The notes below the pieces were generated by a model. The model was not told where the DNA came from, did not search any database, and saw only the letters and a program-made list of their open reading frames with translations. A stretch of DNA of 48,660 nucleotides from Candidatus Poseidoniia archaeon (GTDB lineage: Archaea; Thermoplasmatota; Poseidoniia; MGIII; CG-Epi1): the NCBI GenBank assembly GCA_022449785.1, contig JAKURQ010000004.1, forward strand, positions 1 through 48,660. Reading direction: 5' to 3'. How positions within the stretch are numbered: the first letter of the stretch is position 1; the number at the start of each line of letters is the position of its first letter. Below, one piece after another: positions 1 to 10,249 of the stretch. The position numbers were made by a program, and so were the translations under genes.

Positions 1-70
1 TCTGCCATTTCTAGTAGTCTATCTCTCAAATTGATTGAAGCTGTATCTGCTTCAGATGATATTATTAGAT

Positions 71-1717
71 TCATAGACCTTCAACAATTCCTACTTTTAG
101 GTCTCTTTCTTTGGCTATGCGTTTTGCCTTATCATAACCAGCATCTACATGTCTCATTACACCGGTACCAGGATCAGTAGTCAATACTCTCTGTAATCTT
201 TTGTCTGCTTCTTTTGTGCCGTCAGCTACAACCACCATTCCTGCATGTAATGAATATCCCATACCGACACCTCCGCCGTGGTGAAAGCTAACCCATGTAG
301 CTCCTGCTGCAGTATTCAATAGTGCATTTAGTATAGGCCAATCAGCGACAGCATCAGTTCCATCCTTCATACTTTCGGTTTCTCTATTTGGTGAAGCTAC
401 AGATCCCGCATCCAAATGATCTCTACCAATTACAATAGGTGCTTTGACTTTTCCATTCCGAACGAGCTCGTTAAAGGCCAAGCCAGCGCGTGCCCTTTCA
501 CCATATCCTAACCAACAGATTCTAGCTGGAAGGCCTTGAAAATCGACACGCTTTTGGGCCATATTTATCCATCTATGAAGGGCTTTATCTTCTGGAAATA
601 AATCTAGAATAACTTTGTCAGTCTCATAAATGTCATTTGGGTCTCCAGACAACGCAGCCCATCTGAAAGGACCCTTTCCTTCACAGAATAATGGGCGAAC
701 ATAGGCAGGTACAAATCCAGGAAAGTCAAATGCATTCTCGACGCCGTTCTCCTTTGCCATAGCTCTTAGGTTATTGCCATAATCAAACGTTATTGCTCCT
801 TTATCTTTTAATTGAAGCATTAGACGAACATGTTCAGCCATACTGTCATAACTTCTTTTTAGATATTCTTCTTTGTTAGAATTTCTTAAATTTTCGGCTT
901 CCTCTAAAGACAACTCTCTAGGTATATATCCTACCAAAGGATCATGTGCAGATGTTTGATCTGTAAGTAAATCAGGTATAACTTCTCTTTGAACCAATCT
1001 TTCTAGTAAATCCCCAATATTGGCCACAACTCCGATTGACTTTGCAATTTTATCTTTTTTCCATTCAAGAGCTAAATCAATAGCTTCATCAATATCTTCT
1101 AAAATCTCATCACAATATCTTGTATCTAATCTTTTTTGAATTCTTGAAGGGTCTATTTCAGCCGCTAGGAAAGTAGCTCCATTCATTGTAGCGGCTAAAG
1201 GTTGTGCACCTCCCATCCCACCCAAGCCACCAGTTACTACCAATTGTCCCTCAAGAGTACCTCCAAAATGTTGCCTTGCAGCCTCTGCAAACGTTTCAAA
1301 TGTTCCTTGAAGTATTCCTTGTGATCCAATGTATATCCATGATCCTGCAGTCATTTGACCAAACATCATGAGTCCTTTTTTTTCTAATTCATCAAAGTGT
1401 TCCCAGTTTGCCCAATTTCCGACTAGATTTGAATTTGCAATAATTACTCTAGGAGCATCATCATGTGTTTTGAAAACGCCAACAGGCTTTCCACTCTGTA
1501 CCAATAAGGTTTCATTATTTTCCAATTCTCTTAGGGTTTTTACTATAGCTTCATAGCATTCTTGATTTCTCGCAGCCTTTCCTCTTCCTCCATAAACTAT
1601 GAGTTCATCAGGTATTTCAGCTACAGCAGGATCCAGATTATTCATCAGCATTCTAAGAGCAGCTTCTTGCAACCAGCCCTTACAACTTATTTGATTTCCA
1701 TTTGGAGCCTTAACCAT
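71..1717 (-). CDS. hutU: urocanate hydratase (urocanase)
   Basis: 548-aa ORF with ATG start. It shows full-length similarity to urocanase, including the N-terminal [15 protein letters not shown] region and the NAD-binding [13 protein letters not shown] glycine-rich segment. Confidence 0.92.
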   Translation of the reverse strand: MVKAPNGNQISCKGWLQEAALRMLMNNLDPAVAEIPDELIVYGGRGKAARNQECYEAIVKTLRELENNETLLVQSGKPVGVFKTHDDAPRVIIANSNLVGNWANWEHFDELEKKGLMMFGQMTAGSWIYIGSQGILQGTFETFAEAARQHFGGTLEGQLVVTGGLGGMGGAQPLAATMNGATFLAAEIDPSRIQKRLDTRYCDEILEDIDEAIDLALEWKKDKIAKSIGVVANIGDLLERLVQREVIPDLLTDQTSAHDPLVGYIPRELSLEEAENLRNSNKEEYLKRSYDSMAEHVRLMLQLKDKGAITFDYGNNLRAMAKENGVENAFDFPGFVPAYVRPLFCEGKGPFRWAALSGDPNDIYETDKVILDLFPEDKALHRWINMAQKRVDFQGLPARICWLGYGERARAGLAFNELVRNGKVKAPIVIGRDHLDAGSVASPNRETESMKDGTDAVADWPILNALLNTAAGATWVSFHHGGGVGMGYSLHAGMVVVADGTKEADKRLQRVLTTDPGTGVMRHVDAGYDKAKRIAKERDLKVGIVEGL

Positions 1718-1794
1718 ATAATTTGATAATTCAGACCTCTAATTTAAACATATTTCTAATTAAATCTTTTAAAGAGCCCATTACTAACAGGTAA

Positions 1795-1855
1795 GCTGCT
1801 CCCGGCGGGCCCCCTCCCACCTCCCAACCTGTCGGTTGAGCGGCAACAATTTTTA
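1795..1855 (+). ncRNA. candidate small structured RNA: 15-bp GC-rich hairpin with C-rich anti-SD-like loop and T5 tail
   Basis: The stem pairs 1795-1809 with 1828-1844, with a 2-nt bulge at 1836-1837. Three G.U pairs form only in the + strand transcript. The 18-nt loop CCCCCUCCCACCUCCCAA contains CACCUCC. TTTTT lies at 1850-1854. A TATA-like CTTTTAAAG at 1766-1774 sits about 25 nt upstream of the stem. The element is a GC-rich island in AT-rich intergenic DNA. Confidence 0.3.
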
Positions 1856-1894
1856 CATGGGTTAATCAATTATATGACTGATTAATGTAGAACT

Positions 1895-2050
1895 GTGAAT
1901 AGGGAAGAAATCTCATCTAGGAACTACACAAATTACATCCAGTGTATTTGTGGTTATCAAGGCCTATCAATAGAAACAAGACAACATAGAGAATGCCCTC
2001 AATGTCATACAGTTGTTGAAGCGTGCTGTGAAGGAAATAGTTGTACTTAG
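1895..2050 (+). CDS. hypothetical small Cys-rich (zinc-ribbon-like) protein, 51 aa
   Basis: Not in the ORF track because it is under 60 aa. GTG start. Translation: MNREEISSRNYTNYIQCICGYQGLSIETRQHRECPQCHTVVEACCEGNSCT. It has 7 Cys with a CxCG...CPxC arrangement. A TATA-like ATTATATG lies about 22 nt upstream. Its stop codon overlaps the convergent sdhB stop. Confidence 0.25.
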   Translation: MNREEISSRNYTNYIQCICGYQGLSIETRQHRECPQCHTVVEACCEGNSCT

Positions 2051-2781
2051 TTTGACTTACCTGTAATTTTTCGCCAAATCCAAACTAAAGGATCATAGTA
2101 CTCATCAACTATTCTCTCTTTCATAGGTATGATAGCATTGTCAGTAATAGTAATGTGTTCAGGACAAACTTCAGTACAGCCTTTTGTTATATTACAAAGT
2201 CCGATTCCATCCCTGTCTTTCAAATCTTGGAGTCTGTTTCCTTGGTCAAGAGGATGCATTTCAAGCATTGCATTTCTAACTAAAAATCGAGGGCCGATAT
2301 ATTCATCCTTCATGTCACTATCTCGTAAAACATGACATACATCCTGGCACAGGAAACATTCAATACATTTTCTAAATTCTTGTACCCTATCAACATCTTC
2401 CTGTAGCATTCTTGGGTCGTCAGTGTCAGGATGTTGATATGGTAATATTTTCTTATTAACTTCATAATTCCAAGAAACATCAGTTACTAAGTCTTTAATG
2501 ATTGGGAAAGTTTTCATAGGTTTTACTACAATTGGTTCCCCATTATCATAGTCCGATAGTCTAGCCATACACATAAGTTTAGGCATTCCATTCACTTCAG
2601 CTGAACACGAACCACATTTTCCAGCTTTACAATTCCATCTAACTGCCAAGTCAGGTGCCTGCTCTGCCTGAATTTGGTGTATAGCATCTAAGACTACCAT
2701 TCCAGGGCCACCCTCTATCTCAAATTCATGCATGAAAAAATCAGGATCTTCACCCCTTTGAATTATAATTTTTCTCTTCAT
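2047..2781 (-). CDS. sdhB: succinate dehydrogenase/fumarate reductase iron-sulfur subunit
   Basis: 244 aa. It has a 2Fe-2S cluster motif (CKAGKCGSCSAEVNG) and ferredoxin-type clusters (CIECFLCQDVC, CNITKGCTEVCP). A 4-nt overlap joins it to sdhA. Confidence 0.93.
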   Translation of the reverse strand: MKRKIIIQRGEDPDFFMHEFEIEGGPGMVVLDAIHQIQAEQAPDLAVRWNCKAGKCGSCSAEVNGMPKLMCMARLSDYDNGEPIVVKPMKTFPIIKDLVTDVSWNYEVNKKILPYQHPDTDDPRMLQEDVDRVQEFRKCIECFLCQDVCHVLRDSDMKDEYIGPRFLVRNAMLEMHPLDQGNRLQDLKDRDGIGLCNITKGCTEVCPEHITITDNAIIPMKERIVDEYYDPLVWIWRKITGKSN

Positions 2782-4577
2782 ACTGCCTCCTTAGCCACAT
2801 AATCACTCAAGTCATCAGGCATTTTGTCTTTGTCAGATTTAATAACATTTATTCCTTCAGGCCCTTTCCTAATAATAATATTCAGGTTTCCTAAAATTTC
2901 ATCATATTCAGGATAGTCTAGACGAGTGTGCCCACCTCTACTTTCCCTTCTTTCTTTTGCAGCTTCAGCTACAGCTAGTGATGTAATCACCATATTCTTC
3001 AAATCTAAACAGAGATGCCAGCAAGGATTATACTCTCTTCCTCCTGTTGTTTTTAATTTTTCTAAGCGTTTTTCCATATTCTTTAATTTTTGGATGCCTT
3101 CTTCCAAAGATTTTTCTTCCCTAACTATTCCTACATGTTTTTCCATTATGTCTTGAAGTTCAGCATGCATTTTGTATGGATCCTCTGTGTTGTCATTATC
3201 AAATGATTTCAATGTTTCCTCAATAGCGCCTTCTATGGCGCTTTTGTGTATTGTTAAATCTTCACATTTGGCTGCAAAATTAGCTGCCGAATAACCCGCA
3301 ATGTTTCCAAATACCAGCAAATCACTCAATGAATTTCCTCCTAAACGATTTGCACCATGAAGTCCTGCAGCAGATTCTCCTGCTGAGTACATCCCTTCTA
3401 TAGTGGAGGAACTGGTTTCAGGATCAACTCTTATTCCTCCCATCATGTAGTGTACAGTAGGGCCCACTTCCATTGGTTCTTTAGTAATATCTAAGTCACC
3501 CAATTCTTTGAATTGGTGATACATAGAAGGTAGCTTCTTCTTAATGTAATCTGCATCTCTTCTGTTAGCAATATCAAGGAAGACACCTCCATGTGGACTT
3601 CCTCTTCCTGCTTCTACTTCCTTCATTATTGCTTTGGCAACTACATCTCTGGTTAACAGTTCAGGGGGCCTCATTGCACCTTCCACGCCATTAAGCCAGT
3701 CATTTGCTTCCTTTTCACTTTTGGCAGTTTCTGCAGCAAAGGCTTCAGGAATATAATTGAACATGAATCTTTCATTTTTATTATTGAGTAAGATGCCACC
3801 TTCACCTCTAACTCCTTCAGTTACTAAGGTTCCTTTTACACTTGGAGGCCATACCATGCCAGTTGGATGAAATTGGATAAATTCCATATCTTGCAAATCA
3901 GCACCAGTAAGGTAAGCTAGTGCATGTCCATCCCCAGTGTATTCCCAAGAGTTTGAAGTAATTCGATATGATTTTCCAATTCCTCCAGTTGATACAATGA
4001 TTGCTTTCGCCTCAATTACAACTAGTTTTCCATTGTTGCGATAATATGCTAATGCACCAATAGCTTGGTTATTTTCAGCAAATATTTTTGTTACTGTACA
4101 TTCCATCAATATGTCTATATTTTCTTGATGGATTACTTTATCCTGAACAGTTCTAATAATTTCTAAACCCGTTCTATCGCCAACATGTGCTAACCTAGGA
4201 TATCTATGGCCCCCAAAATTCCTCTGGTTAATTTTACCATCTTTTGTCCTGTCAAAAACAGCCCCCCATCTTTCCAACTCCATTATTCTCTCAGGAGCTT
4301 GCTGAGCATGAATTTGCGCCATTCGCCAATTGTTTAGCTTCTTTCCACCCTTTATTGTGTCTCTAAAATGCACTTTCCAATTATCTTTAGAATCTGCATT
4401 TCCTAATGCAGCAGCAGCGCCTCCCTCTGCCATTACAGTATGAGCTTTTCCTAGTAAAGATTTAGAAACTAGACATACTTTTGCACCCTCATCTGAAGCA
4501 GCTACCGCAGCTCTCATGCCGGCAGCCCCAGCTCCAATTACTAATACATCATATTTCAATTCTTCATAATCTTCCAT
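2778..4577 (-). CDS. sdhA: succinate dehydrogenase/fumarate reductase flavoprotein subunit
   Basis: It has the FAD-binding DVLVIGAGAAG motif and typical SdhA motifs (HPTG, RLGGNSL). The start is placed at the internal ATG (MEDYEEL...), 2 nt after the upstream gene's stop. The 13-codon upstream extension in the track overlaps that gene. Confidence 0.94.
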   Translation of the reverse strand: MEDYEELKYDVLVIGAGAAGMRAAVAASDEGAKVCLVSKSLLGKAHTVMAEGGAAAALGNADSKDNWKVHFRDTIKGGKKLNNWRMAQIHAQQAPERIMELERWGAVFDRTKDGKINQRNFGGHRYPRLAHVGDRTGLEIIRTVQDKVIHQENIDILMECTVTKIFAENNQAIGALAYYRNNGKLVVIEAKAIIVSTGGIGKSYRITSNSWEYTGDGHALAYLTGADLQDMEFIQFHPTGMVWPPSVKGTLVTEGVRGEGGILLNNKNERFMFNYIPEAFAAETAKSEKEANDWLNGVEGAMRPPELLTRDVVAKAIMKEVEAGRGSPHGGVFLDIANRRDADYIKKKLPSMYHQFKELGDLDITKEPMEVGPTVHYMMGGIRVDPETSSSTIEGMYSAGESAAGLHGANRLGGNSLSDLLVFGNIAGYSAANFAAKCEDLTIHKSAIEGAIEETLKSFDNDNTEDPYKMHAELQDIMEKHVGIVREEKSLEEGIQKLKNMEKRLEKLKTTGGREYNPCWHLCLDLKNMVITSLAVAEAAKERRESRGGHTRLDYPEYDEILGNLNIIIRKGPEGINVIKSDKDKMPDDLSDYVAKEAV

Positions 4578-4579
4578 TT

Positions 4580-5455
4580 TTATGGCTCCAATAAAAATAT
4601 TTCTGGGTTGCCCCACATACCCAAATAGATACGAATATAGAAATCAGCTAACATTATACTTATCAAAGAAATCCAGAAGTATGTTCCGTGAAACTGGTTT
4701 AGGTAACTTACCCATGAAGTTCCTTTCTTTTTAATATAGTTAGCACAAGACAAACAGTCGATGTTTCCACCCATTAAGTTCCTTAGCGAATGGCATGAGC
4801 AAACATAAAGCGATAAAAATAAAGCATCAATAGTAAGAAGCAAGCTTCCGACTCCGATTCCAAATTTATCACCAAATGTGAAAGATTCAATTGCGTGATA
4901 AATATGTAATATTGCCAGTAATATTGCTAAATAAAGAAAATATCTATGTGCGTTTTGAAGTATAAATGGGAAAGAATTTTCTCCACTATAAGATTTGATA
5001 GGTTTGTCAACAGCTACAGCTATAGGATTAGCGAATAAAGCACGATAGTAAACTCTTCGACCGTAGTAGCATGTTGCCCTAAATCCTAATGGAGCCCATA
5101 TGAACAATAGACTAACTGGTAAAATCCATAATTCCTTTATGTAATCAGGAACTGCATTTGGTCCTGGCGATGATATAGGACTTATGTAGTGTGCACCTTT
5201 ATCTTCGTAATAAATTAGTTCACCCTTATGATCTCCTATAGTTCCATGTTCTAGCATAAGGACGAATATAGTATAAATTCCGAAACCAATCAAAATAGAA
5301 CCCATAATAAGTGGTTGTATCCACCAATTGTCGGTTCTGAATGTTGCGAAAAGTCCAGTCTTTTCAACTGGTACAAAACATGGCGGTATATCCTGTGCGT
5401 CCTCTTTCAATAGTATGCAATAAAATATGGGTATTTTTAATGTACTACATGCCAA
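4580..5455 (-). CDS. putative succinate dehydrogenase membrane anchor / cytochrome b-like subunit (about 5 TM)
   Basis: It lies immediately upstream of sdhA in the same operon. It has about five hydrophobic helices with conserved-looking His residues (HRYF, HIYHAI, CSCHSL). The start is uncertain: the listed start is TTG, and a second in-frame TTG lies 15 codons downstream. Confidence 0.6.
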   Translation of the reverse strand: MACSTLKIPIFYCILLKEDAQDIPPCFVPVEKTGLFATFRTDNWWIQPLIMGSILIGFGIYTIFVLMLEHGTIGDHKGELIYYEDKGAHYISPISSPGPNAVPDYIKELWILPVSLLFIWAPLGFRATCYYGRRVYYRALFANPIAVAVDKPIKSYSGENSFPFILQNAHRYFLYLAILLAILHIYHAIESFTFGDKFGIGVGSLLLTIDALFLSLYVCSCHSLRNLMGGNIDCLSCANYIKKKGTSWVSYLNQFHGTYFWISLISIMLADFYIRIYLGMWGNPEIFLLEP

Positions 5456-5486
5456 AAAACTATTTTAGGAGGCACAAGAGTAGTAA

Positions 5487-7073
5487 ATGATGAAAGAGAC
5501 GCTATTGCTAACAGTCATGCTTCTCAGCGTATCATTTATGGGCTGTTTAGAACCAGAGGATAAAAGAACAGTTATTCCTGAAGAAGAGTTTGAAAAGACA
5601 AGATTGGCAGTTAGCGAAGAACAATTATCACAATTTCCGTATTCTTTAGAGCCAATTAGAAATTTCACAGTCGTTAAGCCAGATAATCCTGATTCAGAAA
5701 TAACACGAATGTGGGCAGTTTATGGTACAGAAGATATTGGCGGTTCTAATGAACATAATTATGGAGGTAATTGCTGTGAACATTATCTTACTACGGATCA
5801 AGATGGTATTATCTACAATTTAGGTGGTGAATGGCCATGGTGGAGTACCGACAGAGGAATAACATGGACTGAGTGGGTTCCTCCTGCAGTTAACAATGAT
5901 TTATTTACTTGTGAGGAAGGGCAATTAGACCCCACATTGGATCCTGGACTTGGAGAGGGTTCGATTATTCAAGCTCCTAATGGAGATATCTTGGCGATGA
6001 CTTGGTTCCCTTATCCAAGTTTTGATGGTGCGGATCAATTTTATGCAATCCTTGGAAAAAAGACGGCCCCTGATCAAATTGATTGGCAGTTTTGCTGGAA
6101 TTCTTTCGACAAGGAGCCATTTTATGATAGATCATGGCAAGTTCCAGTAGTTGGCCCTATCAATCCACCTCCTGAACTTGCAAATATTGGATGTAATTCC
6201 AATTGTCCTTGGGCAAGTATGGTTGTATCTAATTTTTGGAGTTATAATGAACAAGGTTACCAAATAAGTACGGATGGTCTGAATTATCGCCCATTAGATA
6301 TTCCAGATAGTGCTTCAAATGAGTGTAATGCAGAATATGCAAGATGTGGTTCTGATCTTGAATTTGATCTTCTATTCGAAGATTTGGGACCTGAATGGGA
6401 TTACATGCAGCCTCATAGAGAAATGCGAGCTTCTCCTATACCTTCTGGAGGCTTGCTATTTCCAAGATGGTTTAGTGATGGAAGTAATTTGTTTTTGGAC
6501 ACAGAATTAACATGGCATAAGCATACCTTACCCAATGGTAGCTTACTCCCTTCCAGAAATTTAGTCATTGATAGTTCAGGAGCATTACACAGTGTCTCAT
6601 GCAATGAAGCCAACCCTGGTTCAAAAGGATGTGATGGTACTTTTAATTTAACTCATAGTATTAGTTACGATGGCGGTTATACTTGGGTTAATCAAACACA
6701 TAAATGGCCTTTAGCCTTGTCTGTTTCAGATAATACTTTCGAATGGGATTTCCAAGCTGATGGAAATTTAGATTTAGCAGTTATTAGTATGCGAGTTCAA
6801 ACAGATTCAAATGGAACTTCAAGTGATGTAGATTTAGTATTTCATATAAGAGATTACCGTGAAAGCATGGAGGCAGATTCAGTTACATTGATTGGTTTAG
6901 GAGATTTAGATGCTACTTCTGGCGCCGGAAATGATGTTAGATTCGATTTCGCCTCAATGGCAATTTTGCCAGATGGAGGAGTTGTTGTTGCTTATCACGA
7001 TAGTACAGATCCTAACATAGATCCTATGTTTGCTATAGAATTAGAGTTGCCAGAGAGTTATTTCCTTCTTTAA
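5487..7073 (+). CDS. secreted BNR/Asp-box repeat (sialidase-like beta-propeller) lipoprotein
   Basis: The N-terminal signal has a lipobox-like LSVSFMGC. Asp-box motifs of the SxDxGxTW type are present: STDRGITW, SYDGGYTW and a degenerate STDGLNY. GGAGG lies upstream of the start. Confidence 0.7.
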   Translation: MMKETLLLTVMLLSVSFMGCLEPEDKRTVIPEEEFEKTRLAVSEEQLSQFPYSLEPIRNFTVVKPDNPDSEITRMWAVYGTEDIGGSNEHNYGGNCCEHYLTTDQDGIIYNLGGEWPWWSTDRGITWTEWVPPAVNNDLFTCEEGQLDPTLDPGLGEGSIIQAPNGDILAMTWFPYPSFDGADQFYAILGKKTAPDQIDWQFCWNSFDKEPFYDRSWQVPVVGPINPPPELANIGCNSNCPWASMVVSNFWSYNEQGYQISTDGLNYRPLDIPDSASNECNAEYARCGSDLEFDLLFEDLGPEWDYMQPHREMRASPIPSGGLLFPRWFSDGSNLFLDTELTWHKHTLPNGSLLPSRNLVIDSSGALHSVSCNEANPGSKGCDGTFNLTHSISYDGGYTWVNQTHKWPLALSVSDNTFEWDFQADGNLDLAVISMRVQTDSNGTSSDVDLVFHIRDYRESMEADSVTLIGLGDLDATSGAGNDVRFDFASMAILPDGGVVVAYHDSTDPNIDPMFAIELELPESYFLL

Positions 7074-7858
7074 GATTTTAGTAGTAAGATAATTTCTTTA
7101 GCACGATTTCTTAAAGTAACTTCAGAAGTACCAACAGCCTTTGCAATTTCTAACTGACTTCTTCTTATTTTGTTGTTTTTACATGAAATGTATAAGGCTG
7201 CACCCAAAAGCGCCGCTGGTGAGATGCCCTGTCTATAATCACTTTTTTCAACTAAATCAATTATCTCTTGTGCATTCTCTTGAACAAGATTATTCAATGC
7301 TAATTTTGTTGCAAATCGCGGTAATAAATTGCTAAGGCTAGTAAATGAAATCTTTAGTTTAAGTTTCCTTACAATCAGTCTGTGGAGTCTACTTAACTCG
7401 TTTCTATTTAGATTACTTTTATCTGCAATTTCATCCAATGTTCTTGGTAAATTTGCCAATCTGCATGCAGTATAGATTGCAGCAGCAGCTACTTTTTCAC
7501 TACTTCGCCCTCTTACTATTCCTGCTTTTGATGAGCTTGAAAAGATTTCTAATGCAGATTCCTTAATTGAGTCATTCAGACCAACTTCATTTGAGATTCG
7601 TTCAATTTCCTCTGAAGCTAAAAGAATACTTCTACTAGCTAAATTTCCAGTTCTTGTTTCCTTTTGCCATTTAAGTATTGTTTTTGAATTAAGGCCTTTG
7701 TTTTCCAGATTATCTACAGCTGGAATTTGGGTTTCTGGATTATAACTTGTCCATTGTGGTCCTGAATCAAAAATAGAATCACATTTTTGGCAAGACATGA
7801 TGCCATCACCTTCATTTTTGATTTCCTTTGAGGAACATTCAGGACAAATTAATTTCAT
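7070..7858 (-). CDS. tfb: transcription initiation factor TFB (TFIIB homologue)
   Basis: It has an N-terminal zinc ribbon (CPEC...CQKC) followed by two cyclin-fold repeats (AAAIYTACR, GAALYISCK). It shows the conserved archaeal tfb-gar1 synteny, with an ATGA overlap to gar1. Confidence 0.9.
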   Translation of the reverse strand: MKLICPECSSKEIKNEGDGIMSCQKCDSIFDSGPQWTSYNPETQIPAVDNLENKGLNSKTILKWQKETRTGNLASRSILLASEEIERISNEVGLNDSIKESALEIFSSSSKAGIVRGRSSEKVAAAAIYTACRLANLPRTLDEIADKSNLNRNELSRLHRLIVRKLKLKISFTSLSNLLPRFATKLALNNLVQENAQEIIDLVEKSDYRQGISPAALLGAALYISCKNNKIRRSQLEIAKAVGTSEVTLRNRAKEIILLLKS

Positions 7859-8079
7859 TTTCTATAAACCTCTCTACCAACAAGTTTTGTAATTCTAAGG
7901 CCCTTCTTTGCTGATATTGCCAGATAGGGTTCATTAACAGGACCAAAAATATTGACTACGCGGCCAACTAAGTTACTCTCCGAATCAAATATTTTTGTAT
8001 TTTTTTCTACTTTATTTTTGGTAATAACTATTGCCCTGTTCTTAGAGTCAAGATGTGCTACTTTTCCTAGGCACTTCAT
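7855..8079 (-). CDS. gar1: H/ACA ribonucleoprotein complex subunit Gar1
   Basis: 74 aa. It has MKxLGKVxH...VGxVxxIFGPVxxPYxAI, which matches archaeal Gar1. It is positioned next to tfb. Confidence 0.82.
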   Translation of the reverse strand: MKCLGKVAHLDSKNRAIVITKNKVEKNTKIFDSESNLVGRVVNIFGPVNEPYLAISAKKGLRITKLVGREVYRK

Positions 8080-8118
8080 GAGTCATCTCGTAAAAACTTC
8101 TATTTAAAGTTTTTTATT

Positions 8119-8982
8119 TTATAGTATATTTTCTAAGGTAGTACCTAATTCAGCAGGATTCTCAGTAACATGTATTCCAGCCCTTTCCATAGCTTTCATT
8201 TTCTCACTAGCAGTGCCTTTACCACCAGAAATAATTGCTCCAGCATGGCCCATCCTCTTTCCAGGTGGAGCAGTTCTTCCAGCTATAAATCCAACAACAG
8301 GTTTCGAAATATGCTCCTTAACATACTCAGATGCAATTTCTTCGGCACTTCCTCCAATTTCTCCAATCATTATTATTGATTTAGTATTTTTATCGTTCTC
8401 AAATGCTTCCAAACAATCTATAAAATTAGTTCCATTTACAGGGTCACCCCCTATACCAATACAAGTTGATTGTCCAAGACCTTTCTCTGTAACTTGGTTA
8501 ACGGCCTCATATGTCAAAGTTCCCGATCTAGAAATAACTCCCACATCTCCCCTTCGATGTATATGTCCTGGCATAATTCCAACTTTACTCTCACCGGGCG
8601 TAATTATTCCAGGACAATTTGGACCAATGAGTCTTGTATCTTTCGAACTAAGATATTTTTTTACTTTTACCATATCTAGTGCAGGAATTCCTTCAGTAAT
8701 ACCAACAATCAATTCTATTCCTGAATCCGCAGCTTCCATTATGGCGTCAGCAGCGAAGGCAGGAGGTACAAAAACACATGAGACATTAGCTCCTGCATCT
8801 ACGGCTTCATTCATGGTGTCCCAAATAGGCAATCCTAATGTTTCTTGGCCCCCTTTTCCAGGAGTAACTCCGCCGACAACTTTGCTTCCATAATCTAACA
8901 TCTGTTCGCTATGAAATTGTCCATTTTTACCTGTGATTCCTTGAACAACTATTTTACTTTTTGAGTCAAGCCAAATACTCAT
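8119..8982 (-). CDS. sucD: succinyl-CoA synthetase alpha subunit
   Basis: 287 aa. It has the CoA-binding N-terminus (VQGITGKNG) and the phosphohistidine loop ([14 protein letters not shown]). It overlaps sucC by 4 nt. Confidence 0.95.
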   Translation of the reverse strand: MSIWLDSKSKIVVQGITGKNGQFHSEQMLDYGSKVVGGVTPGKGGQETLGLPIWDTMNEAVDAGANVSCVFVPPAFAADAIMEAADSGIELIVGITEGIPALDMVKVKKYLSSKDTRLIGPNCPGIITPGESKVGIMPGHIHRRGDVGVISRSGTLTYEAVNQVTEKGLGQSTCIGIGGDPVNGTNFIDCLEAFENDKNTKSIIMIGEIGGSAEEIASEYVKEHISKPVVGFIAGRTAPPGKRMGHAGAIISGGKGTASEKMKAMERAGIHVTENPAELGTTLENIL

Positions 8983-10148
8983 TTTCCACCTCCAATTGCC
9001 ATAATTGATTTTCTAGCTCCATCGTCCATGTCATCTGCAGCAATTAAATCTAATCCAGACTCTGATAGCATTTTCTTTCCAAGTTCCACATTTGTACCAG
9101 CTAATCTAACAATAAGTGGAACCTCCATATCTATCTCTTTTGCAGCTTCAATTATCCCTTCAGCTATGAAGTCACATCTCATTATTCCACCAAATATATT
9201 AACAAAAATAGCTTTAACTCCAGGATCAGAGAGTATAACTTTGAATCCTTCAGCAACTTGTTTGGAATCAGCCCCACCTCCAACATCCAAGAAGTTTGCA
9301 GGTTCTCCTCCATGTAGTTTGATTATGTCCATAGTTGCCATTGCTAATCCAGCACCATTGACCATGCAACCAATTTCTCCATCAAGTTTGATGTAATTCA
9401 GTCCGACTGCGTTTGCCCGTGTTTCTAGAGGTTCTTCTTCGTTTGTATCTCTTAGTTCTTCAATTTCTTTGTGTCTAAATAATCCTGAACTGTCAAAATT
9501 TATCTTTGCATCTAGTGCTATTACTTCATTATCACTGCTGACAACTAGTGGGTTAATTTCGACAATAGAACAATCTAAGTCAACAAATAGTTGGTATAAT
9601 TGTTTCATGAATTTGATGCAGTTCTTGATTTGGTTTCCTTCTAATCCAAGTCCAAAGGCTATTTCTCTAGCTTGCCAGTCACCTAGGCCAGTTATAGGGT
9701 CTGCATGTACCTTAAGTATTTTTTCAGGATTTTTGTGAGCAACCTCTTCAATTTCAACGCCGCCTTCTGTTGATGCCATTATAACAGGTAATTCTTTTTC
9801 ACGATCTAGCACAATCCCTAGATATAATTCTCGTGAGATATTACAACCTTCTTCAACATAAACTTTTCTAACTTCAACACCTTCGCTTGTAGTTTGTGGA
9901 GTAACTAAATTCTTTCCAATTAGATTACTTGCAGCCTCATAAACTTCATCAGCAGATCTGCAGAGAACAATACCTCCACCCTTTCCTCTACCTCCTGCAT
10001 GAACTTGGGCTTTTACAACCCAAATTTTGCCTCCCAAGTCCTTACATGCTTTTGCAGCCTCGTCAGGATTTGATGCAACGACACCATCTAATGTCTTCAC
10101 ACCATATTGCCTAAAGAGGTCTTTTGCTTGGTATTCATGTATATTCAT
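8979..10148 (-). CDS. sucC: succinyl-CoA synthetase beta subunit
   Basis: 389 aa. It has the ATP-grasp N-terminus [12 protein letters not shown] and a typical SucC C-terminal domain ([10 protein letters not shown]). Confidence 0.95.
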   Translation of the reverse strand: MNIHEYQAKDLFRQYGVKTLDGVVASNPDEAAKACKDLGGKIWVVKAQVHAGGRGKGGGIVLCRSADEVYEAASNLIGKNLVTPQTTSEGVEVRKVYVEEGCNISRELYLGIVLDREKELPVIMASTEGGVEIEEVAHKNPEKILKVHADPITGLGDWQAREIAFGLGLEGNQIKNCIKFMKQLYQLFVDLDCSIVEINPLVVSSDNEVIALDAKINFDSSGLFRHKEIEELRDTNEEEPLETRANAVGLNYIKLDGEIGCMVNGAGLAMATMDIIKLHGGEPANFLDVGGGADSKQVAEGFKVILSDPGVKAIFVNIFGGIMRCDFIAEGIIEAAKEIDMEVPLIVRLAGTNVELGKKMLSESGLDLIAADDMDDGARKSIMAIGGGK

Positions 10149-10249
10149 TGTATTATTGCAGATAGATTGGGGTTTAATACGCTAAGTTCACTTATAGTTA
10201 TGTAAAGATTTAAATAGAACACAATCTGGCGCCAGAGGTAGGTTAGCAC

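Noticed and set aside
1-70. Possible start of another minus-strand gene (ATG at 8-6) downstream of hutU.
   Set aside because: Only 8 nt of the putative ORF are inside the window, which is not enough to support a call.
1804-1835. G-quadruplex-type motif on the minus strand (GGGAGGTGGGAGGGGGCCCGCCGGG).
   Set aside because: It is the complement of the C-rich hairpin loop. The G.U-dependent, + strand-specific stem and the downstream T5 fit a + strand RNA hairpin better. A G4 role cannot be excluded, but nothing else supports it.
8213-8893. 226-aa + strand ORF inside sucD, plus the smaller ones at 8170-8379 and 8470-8679.
   Set aside because: They are antisense to a very well supported sucD CDS. 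The translation is Pro/Ser/Ile-rich with no motifs, so this is a typical shadow ORF.
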